DNA from: an uncultured Methanosarcinales archaeon
GTDB taxonomy: Archaea > Nanobdellota > Nanobdellia > Woesearchaeales > CAXGTL01
Assembly: GCA_964535955.1 (NCBI GenBank)
Contig: CAZHVK010000016.1
Location: 1 to 32,676, forward strand
Length of the DNA stretch: 32,676 nucleotides
Reading direction: 5' to 3'
In this document: positions 27,983 through 32,676 of the stretch, piece by piece
How positions within the stretch are numbered: the first letter of the stretch is position 1
How the letters are laid out: each line of letters starts with the position of its first letter
Notes under the pieces: model-generated
Seen by the model: only the letters and a program-made list of their open reading frames with translations
What the model was told of the DNA's origin: nothing
Databases searched by the model: none
Position numbers and translations under genes: made by a program

Positions 27983-28668
27983 AAAGACCAATAATCGAAC
28001 TGAGGCAAGTATGGAAAATTTACAAAATGGGTGAAGTAGAGGTCCCTGCAGTTAGAGGTCTTAATTTGCAAGTCAAAAGAGGAGAATTTGTAGCAATACA
28101 AGGTCCAAGTGGCTCAGGCAAATCTACTTGTGTAAACATGGTTGGTTGTTTAGACATACCTACACAAGGCGAAATATTCCTCGAACATCACAATATTGCT
28201 CATCTAGAAGAATCAGAACTAGCACAAATCAGAGGAAAAAAAATAGGATTCATATTCCAACAATTTAATTTAATCCCAAGCCTAACAGCTCTAGAAAATG
28301 TTATGCTTCCTATGATGTTTCAAAAAACAACAAAACATCACAGAAAACAAAGAGCAACCAAACTATTGAATATGGTTGGTCTAAGTGAAAGAATGCATCA
28401 TAAACCAACAGAATTATCTGGTGGACAACAGCAAAGGGTTGCGATCGCAAGGTCTCTAGCAAATGACCCAGAAGTAATACTTGCAGATGAACCAACTGGA
28501 AATCTTGACTCAAAAACAGGAGAAGAGATGATATATTTCCTAAAAAAATTAAACAAAGAAAAAGGAAAAACAATTGTTATGGTCACTCATGATGATAAGT
28601 TAGCTAAACAAGCTGACAGAATCGAGTTTTTAAAAGATGGATTAATTGTTGAAAAAAAAACAAGATAA
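27979..28668 (+). CDS. ABC transporter ATP-binding protein (LolD/MacB type)
   Basis: [46 protein letters not shown]. Confidence 0.96.
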   Translation: MKRPIIELRQVWKIYKMGEVEVPAVRGLNLQVKRGEFVAIQGPSGSGKSTCVNMVGCLDIPTQGEIFLEHHNIAHLEESELAQIRGKKIGFIFQQFNLIPSLTALENVMLPMMFQKTTKHHRKQRATKLLNMVGLSERMHHKPTELSGGQQQRVAIARSLANDPEVILADEPTGNLDSKTGEEMIYFLKKLNKEKGKTIVMVTHDDKLAKQADRIEFLKDGLIVEKKTR

Positions 28669-28697
28669 AATAAAAAAATAAAATGTGGTGGTAAAAA

Positions 28698-29957
28698 ATG
28701 ATTAAAAAAAAGAATATAAAAATAAAAAAAATCTTATTATTTGTATTAGTTGTAATAACATTAGCTGTGGCTGTTAGTTTAAGCAGTGCAAGGGTTAATA
28801 ACGAGGAAAATATTCAAATATCCTTAGTAAGCCAGTCTCCTTTTCCTGTTGAGCCAGGTAATACTATGGATGTAAGGGTAAGTGTTGAGAACACAGGAGG
28901 TGATCCTGCCAAAGATTTCATGATTGAGATGATTGATGACAACACATTTTCATTAATTGATGAAGCCAATAGAATTAGAAAAATAAGCAGTCTAATTTCA
29001 GGAGGCAATTATGCTATTAAATACAAATATACAGTTAAAGTTGATGAAGATGCTGTTGAAGGAACAAAAAAATTAAAATTAAGATTTAAATACAACAATC
29101 ATGAATGGACAACTATTGAATTAAACATTGATATACAATCATCAGATGCAATTGTCTGGATAAAAGAAGTAAAAACAGAGCCAGAGATTGTTGCACATGG
29201 TGAAAAAGCAATATTAAAATTCACATTAAAAAACATAGCAGATTCATTATTAAAAGATGTTAGTATTGATCTAGACCTTGCATCAGCAACTTTGCCAATT
29301 TCACCACTTAATACAGGCAGTGAAAGAAAGATTAAATCAATAAAAGCAGGTGCTGAAGAAGAAATTAGTTTTGAGATAGTAGCACTTACAACAGCAGATT
29401 CAAAAATACACAAAGTTCCTTTGACTTTATCTTATCAAGATGAGATAGGAATGAATTATACTAAAAAAGATGTTGTAAGTATAATTGTTTCATCAAAGCC
29501 AGACCTAAGTTATTATGTTGATGACACAGACATACTGCTATCAGGTACAAATGGAAAAGCAACTGTTAAAATTGTTAACAAAGGTTCAGAAGATATTAAA
29601 TTTGTAAACATAAAATTAAAAGATGACAATGATTTTGAAAAATTATCAAATGAAGAAATTTATGTTGGAAATATTGACTCAGATGATTATGAAACAGCAG
29701 ATTTTGATATATATGTTAAAAAGAAGGTGTCAGATCTTAAACTTCCAATGATAATAGAATACAGAGATTCTATAAACAGAGAATATAAAGATGAAGTAGA
29801 CCTACCATTAAAACTTTATAATGCAAAAGATGCTAAAAAATATAATTTGATCCAAGCAAATGGTATTACTGGCTGGATTGTTATGATTGTTATTATTGGT
29901 GTGGGATATTTTATTTATAGAAGATACAAGAAAAAGAAGAAGAAACATAGGAAATAA
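28698..29957 (+). CDS. COG1361-like S-layer/Ig-fold membrane-anchored protein
   Basis: Signal peptide, P.PVEPG repeats of beta-rich domains, YVGNIDSDDYETADF, C-terminal TM and basic tail; typical position in this operon type. Confidence 0.8.
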   Translation: MIKKKNIKIKKILLFVLVVITLAVAVSLSSARVNNEENIQISLVSQSPFPVEPGNTMDVRVSVENTGGDPAKDFMIEMIDDNTFSLIDEANRIRKISSLISGGNYAIKYKYTVKVDEDAVEGTKKLKLRFKYNNHEWTTIELNIDIQSSDAIVWIKEVKTEPEIVAHGEKAILKFTLKNIADSLLKDVSIDLDLASATLPISPLNTGSERKIKSIKAGAEEEISFEIVALTTADSKIHKVPLTLSYQDEIGMNYTKKDVVSIIVSSKPDLSYYVDDTDILLSGTNGKATVKIVNKGSEDIKFVNIKLKDDNDFEKLSNEEIYVGNIDSDDYETADFDIYVKKKVSDLKLPMIIEYRDSINREYKDEVDLPLKLYNAKDAKKYNLIQANGITGWIVMIVIIGVGYFIYRRYKKKKKKHRK

Positions 29958-29975
29958 ATCAAAACAAAATGAACA

Positions 29976-31202
29976 ATGGTTGCTACAGATTATTTTATTT
30001 TTATTTTGAAAGGTTTGATTAGACGTAAACTTAGAAGTTGGCTTACTGTAATTGGAATCTTTATCGGAATTGCAGCAGTTGTTTCTTTGATTGGTTTAGG
30101 AGAAGGTTTAAGAGAATCTATTAATGCTCAGTTTGGATTTGTAGGAGCAGATGTTATGGTTGTTACTGCAAGTGGTGGACTTGGTCCTCCTGGTACAGGT
30201 GTTGTTGATCCATTAACAGAAAAAGAAATCAAAGCAATAAAGACTATTCCTGGTGTTGAAGGAGTTACAGGAAGAATAATTGAATCTGGAAAAATTGTTT
30301 ATAATAATAAAGCTGGTTTTGGTTTTGCTGCCAGCATGCCTAGTGGTGAAGGCAGAGAATTAGTACAAGATGTTCTTAACATGAAAGCTATAAAAGGCAG
30401 ATTTCTTAAAGATGGTGATTCAGGTGTTGTTTTCTTAGGATATGCATTTTATGAAGATGATGAAGCTTTTGGTAAAATAATTGATGTCAGCTCAAAAATC
30501 AAAATATTAGATAAAGAATTCAAAGTTATAGGAATTCAAGAAAAAAAAGGAAACTTCCAATTTGATGGAGCAGTATTTATGAATGAAGATGATTTAAGAG
30601 ATTTAGTTGATAGGCAAGGTGATGATTATGACTTAGTTCCTGTAAAATTCAATACAAATCTTGATGTTAGCAAGATACAAGCAGACATTGAAAAAAAATT
30701 AAGAAAAGTAAGAGATGTTGATATAGGTGAAGAAGACTTTTCAGTACAAACACCTGCTTCTGTTATTGAAAATGTAAATAATACATTACTTGGTGTCCAA
30801 ATATTTATTTATATAATTGCAAGCATATCATTATTAGTAGGAGGAATTGGAATAATGAACACTATGTATACATCTGTTGTTGAAAGAACAAAAGAGATTG
30901 GTATAATGAAATCAATAGGTGCAAAGAATGGGACAATATTTACATTATTTTTTGTAGAATCTGGTTTACTTGGATCTGTTGGAGGCATTGTTGGTGCAAT
31001 TATGGGTTATATTGGTGCAACATTATTAGCTTATATTGGAAGCATTGCACTTGGATCTGATCTTATAAGTGCTCATATATCTTGGCAATTATTTATTGGT
31101 GCAATATTTTTTTCATTTGTTGTTGGTTCATTTTTTGGAACAATGCCTGCTTATAAAGCATCTAAACTTCACCCAGTGGATGCTTTGAGGTACGCGAAGT
31201 GA
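29976..31202 (+). CDS. ABC transporter permease (MacB/FtsX family)
   Basis: RKLRSWLTVIGIFIG, GGIGIMNTMYTSVVERTKEIGIMKSIGA, PAYKASKLHPVDALRY. Confidence 0.95.
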   Translation: MVATDYFIFILKGLIRRKLRSWLTVIGIFIGIAAVVSLIGLGEGLRESINAQFGFVGADVMVVTASGGLGPPGTGVVDPLTEKEIKAIKTIPGVEGVTGRIIESGKIVYNNKAGFGFAASMPSGEGRELVQDVLNMKAIKGRFLKDGDSGVVFLGYAFYEDDEAFGKIIDVSSKIKILDKEFKVIGIQEKKGNFQFDGAVFMNEDDLRDLVDRQGDDYDLVPVKFNTNLDVSKIQADIEKKLRKVRDVDIGEEDFSVQTPASVIENVNNTLLGVQIFIYIIASISLLVGGIGIMNTMYTSVVERTKEIGIMKSIGAKNGTIFTLFFVESGLLGSVGGIVGAIMGYIGATLLAYIGSIALGSDLISAHISWQLFIGAIFFSFVVGSFFGTMPAYKASKLHPVDALRYAK

Positions 31203-31278
31203 TATTGATAGTCTCGTACCTTAAAGCTACGAACGAAATGCAATGTAGTGAGTATACTTTGAGGTACGCAAAGTGATA
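31182..31278 (+). repeat. Structured element, short target-matched form, copy D
   Basis: Gene end (31182-204), inverted copy CGTACCTTAAAGC (31215-27), core TACGAACGA-N10-AGTGAGTA (31228-54), direct copy 21/22 identical (31257-78). Confidence 0.88.
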
Positions 31279-31280
31279 GA

Positions 31281-31385
31281 GTGCATGGTTCGTTCGTACT
31301 TTCCATTCTTAGCAAGAAGCACATGGAAAGGCCTGATAGTTTTACAACCTGTTAGGTACTCACTGGTCTTACAGACACCATGCAC
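31281..31385 (-). repeat. Structured element, long form, copy C (inverted relative to B)
   Basis: Reverse complement aligns to copy B, with compensatory changes in the terminal stem and the CTTTC stem. Confidence 0.88.
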
Positions 31386-31403
31386 ATAATATAATACAAT
31401 AAA

Positions 31404-32624
31404 ATGATATTAGACATATTAATATATTCAATAAAGAATTTATTTAACAGAAGACTTAGAAGTTTTCTTAGTATATTGTCTATTTTAATAGGTGTAACTG
31501 CAATCTATGCATTAATCAGTTTTGGTCAAGGAATAAACTCTTATATGGATGGATTTGCACAAGAGATGGGAACAGATAAAGTATTTTTAATGCCTGGTGG
31601 AGGTATTACAAATGCTCCAGGAACAAGTAATATTTTGTTTTCTGAAGATGACTTGGATTTTATTAGAAAGATAAAAGGAGTTGATGAAGCAAGCGGAATG
31701 ATGATCACAACAGGAAAAGTAAAGTACAAAGATTATAAAGAAAAATATCCTTTTATAATGGGAATGTCTACTGAGGTAAAAGAAAAAAAATTAATAGAGG
31801 AAATGTTTGCTGGGATAGAGGTTATACAAGGAAGATCTTTAAAAAAAGGAGATACATTAAAAGCAACTGCAGGATATTCTTATATTATTCAAGATAGAAT
31901 GTTTAAAAAAAAAATTTCTATAGGAGATAAAATCGAAATAAATGATGTAACTGTAGAAATAGTAGGATTTTATGAAGAAGTTGGAAACCCAACAGATGAT
32001 TCAAATGTTTATTTATCCAAAGAAGGATTCAAACAGATATTTGATATTGAAGATTATGAATATATTTATGTAAGGACTGTTTTTGATCAGAATCCTACAG
32101 ATGTAGCTGAAAAAATAAAAGAAAAATTCAGAAAACATAGAAATCAAAAAGAAGGTGAAGAAGATTTCACAGTACAGACTTTTGAAGATATGATGGCAAT
32201 ATTTTCTAATATAATTCTTGTTCTAAATGGAGTCTTAGTAATAATAGCTCTGATCTCAGTAGTTGTAGCAGCTATTAACATAACAAATACTATGTATACT
32301 TCAATTTTAGAAAGAACGCAAGAGATTGGTGTGATGAAAGCAATTGGTGCTAAAAATAAATACATTTTGATTATATTTGTTATAGAATCAGGACTTCTTG
32401 GACTTTTAGGAGGTTTGGTAGGCATTGGTCTTGGCTATGCAATTGCTAAATTAGGAGGTATGATAGCTGCAATGAATGGTCTTTCAATGCTAAGACCAGG
32501 ATTTCCTTGGTGGTTGACTGTTGGTTGTTTATTGTTTGCATTTGGTGTTGGTGCTGGAGCAGGTTATTTTCCAGCTAGGCAAGCTAGTAAGATGCAAGCA
32601 ACAGATGCTTTGAGATGGGAATGA
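31404..32624 (+). CDS. Second ABC transporter permease (MacB/FtsX family)
   Basis: RRLRSFLSILSILIG, NTMYTSILERTQEIGVMKAIGA, PARQASKM...DALRWE. Confidence 0.95.
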   Translation: MILDILIYSIKNLFNRRLRSFLSILSILIGVTAIYALISFGQGINSYMDGFAQEMGTDKVFLMPGGGITNAPGTSNILFSEDDLDFIRKIKGVDEASGMMITTGKVKYKDYKEKYPFIMGMSTEVKEKKLIEEMFAGIEVIQGRSLKKGDTLKATAGYSYIIQDRMFKKKISIGDKIEINDVTVEIVGFYEEVGNPTDDSNVYLSKEGFKQIFDIEDYEYIYVRTVFDQNPTDVAEKIKEKFRKHRNQKEGEEDFTVQTFEDMMAIFSNIILVLNGVLVIIALISVVVAAINITNTMYTSILERTQEIGVMKAIGAKNKYILIIFVIESGLLGLLGGLVGIGLGYAIAKLGGMIAAMNGLSMLRPGFPWWLTVGCLLFAFGVGAGAGYFPARQASKMQATDALRWE

Positions 32625-32676
32625 AACGAGCATCTTAAAGCTACGAACGAAACAAAGTGTAGTGAGTATGCTTTGA
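32605..32676 (+). repeat. Structured element, short target-matched form, copy E (cut by the window end)
   Basis: Gene end GCTTTGAGATG (32607-17), inverted copy CATCTTAAAGC (32631-41), core TACGAACGA-N10-AGTGAGTA (32642-68), direct copy ATGCTTTGA (32668-76). Confidence 0.85.

Noticed and set aside
31183..31278. Diversity-generating retroelement VR/TR pair
   Set aside because: The repeat is only about 22 bp with one synonymous G/A difference; no reverse transcriptase or variable ligand-binding domain is in the window.
31182..32676. CRISPR array
   Set aside because: Repeats are dispersed or inverted, not regularly spaced with unique spacers; no cas genes.

Overview
AT-rich archaeal chromosomal segment, most likely DPANN (Woesearchaeota-like; inferred). 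Evidence: archaeal-type ThrRS, Trm1, Taw3, His-type signal peptidase, EndoQ, COG1361-like S-layer protein, and TATA boxes about 25-30 bp before many ATGs. It carries housekeeping genes, a 12.5-19.9 kb run of small single-domain enzymes (with a nonsense-broken GNAT and a collapsed toxin-antitoxin relic), and a GbsR/MarR-ABC-S-layer-dual permease operon. The most unusual signal is non-coding: five intergenic copies of a structured element sharing an invariant CGAACGA / AGTGAG core. Three copies are 105-122 bp multi-stem junctions with compensatory changes (21826-21947, 27292-27401, 31281-31385). Two are short, permuted versions whose arms are inverted and direct copies of the 3' end of the particular permease gene they follow (31182-31278, 32605-32676). 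No transposase, integrase, reverse transcriptase, tRNA, rRNA or CRISPR array was seen. All calls come from visual motif recognition; no searches were run.
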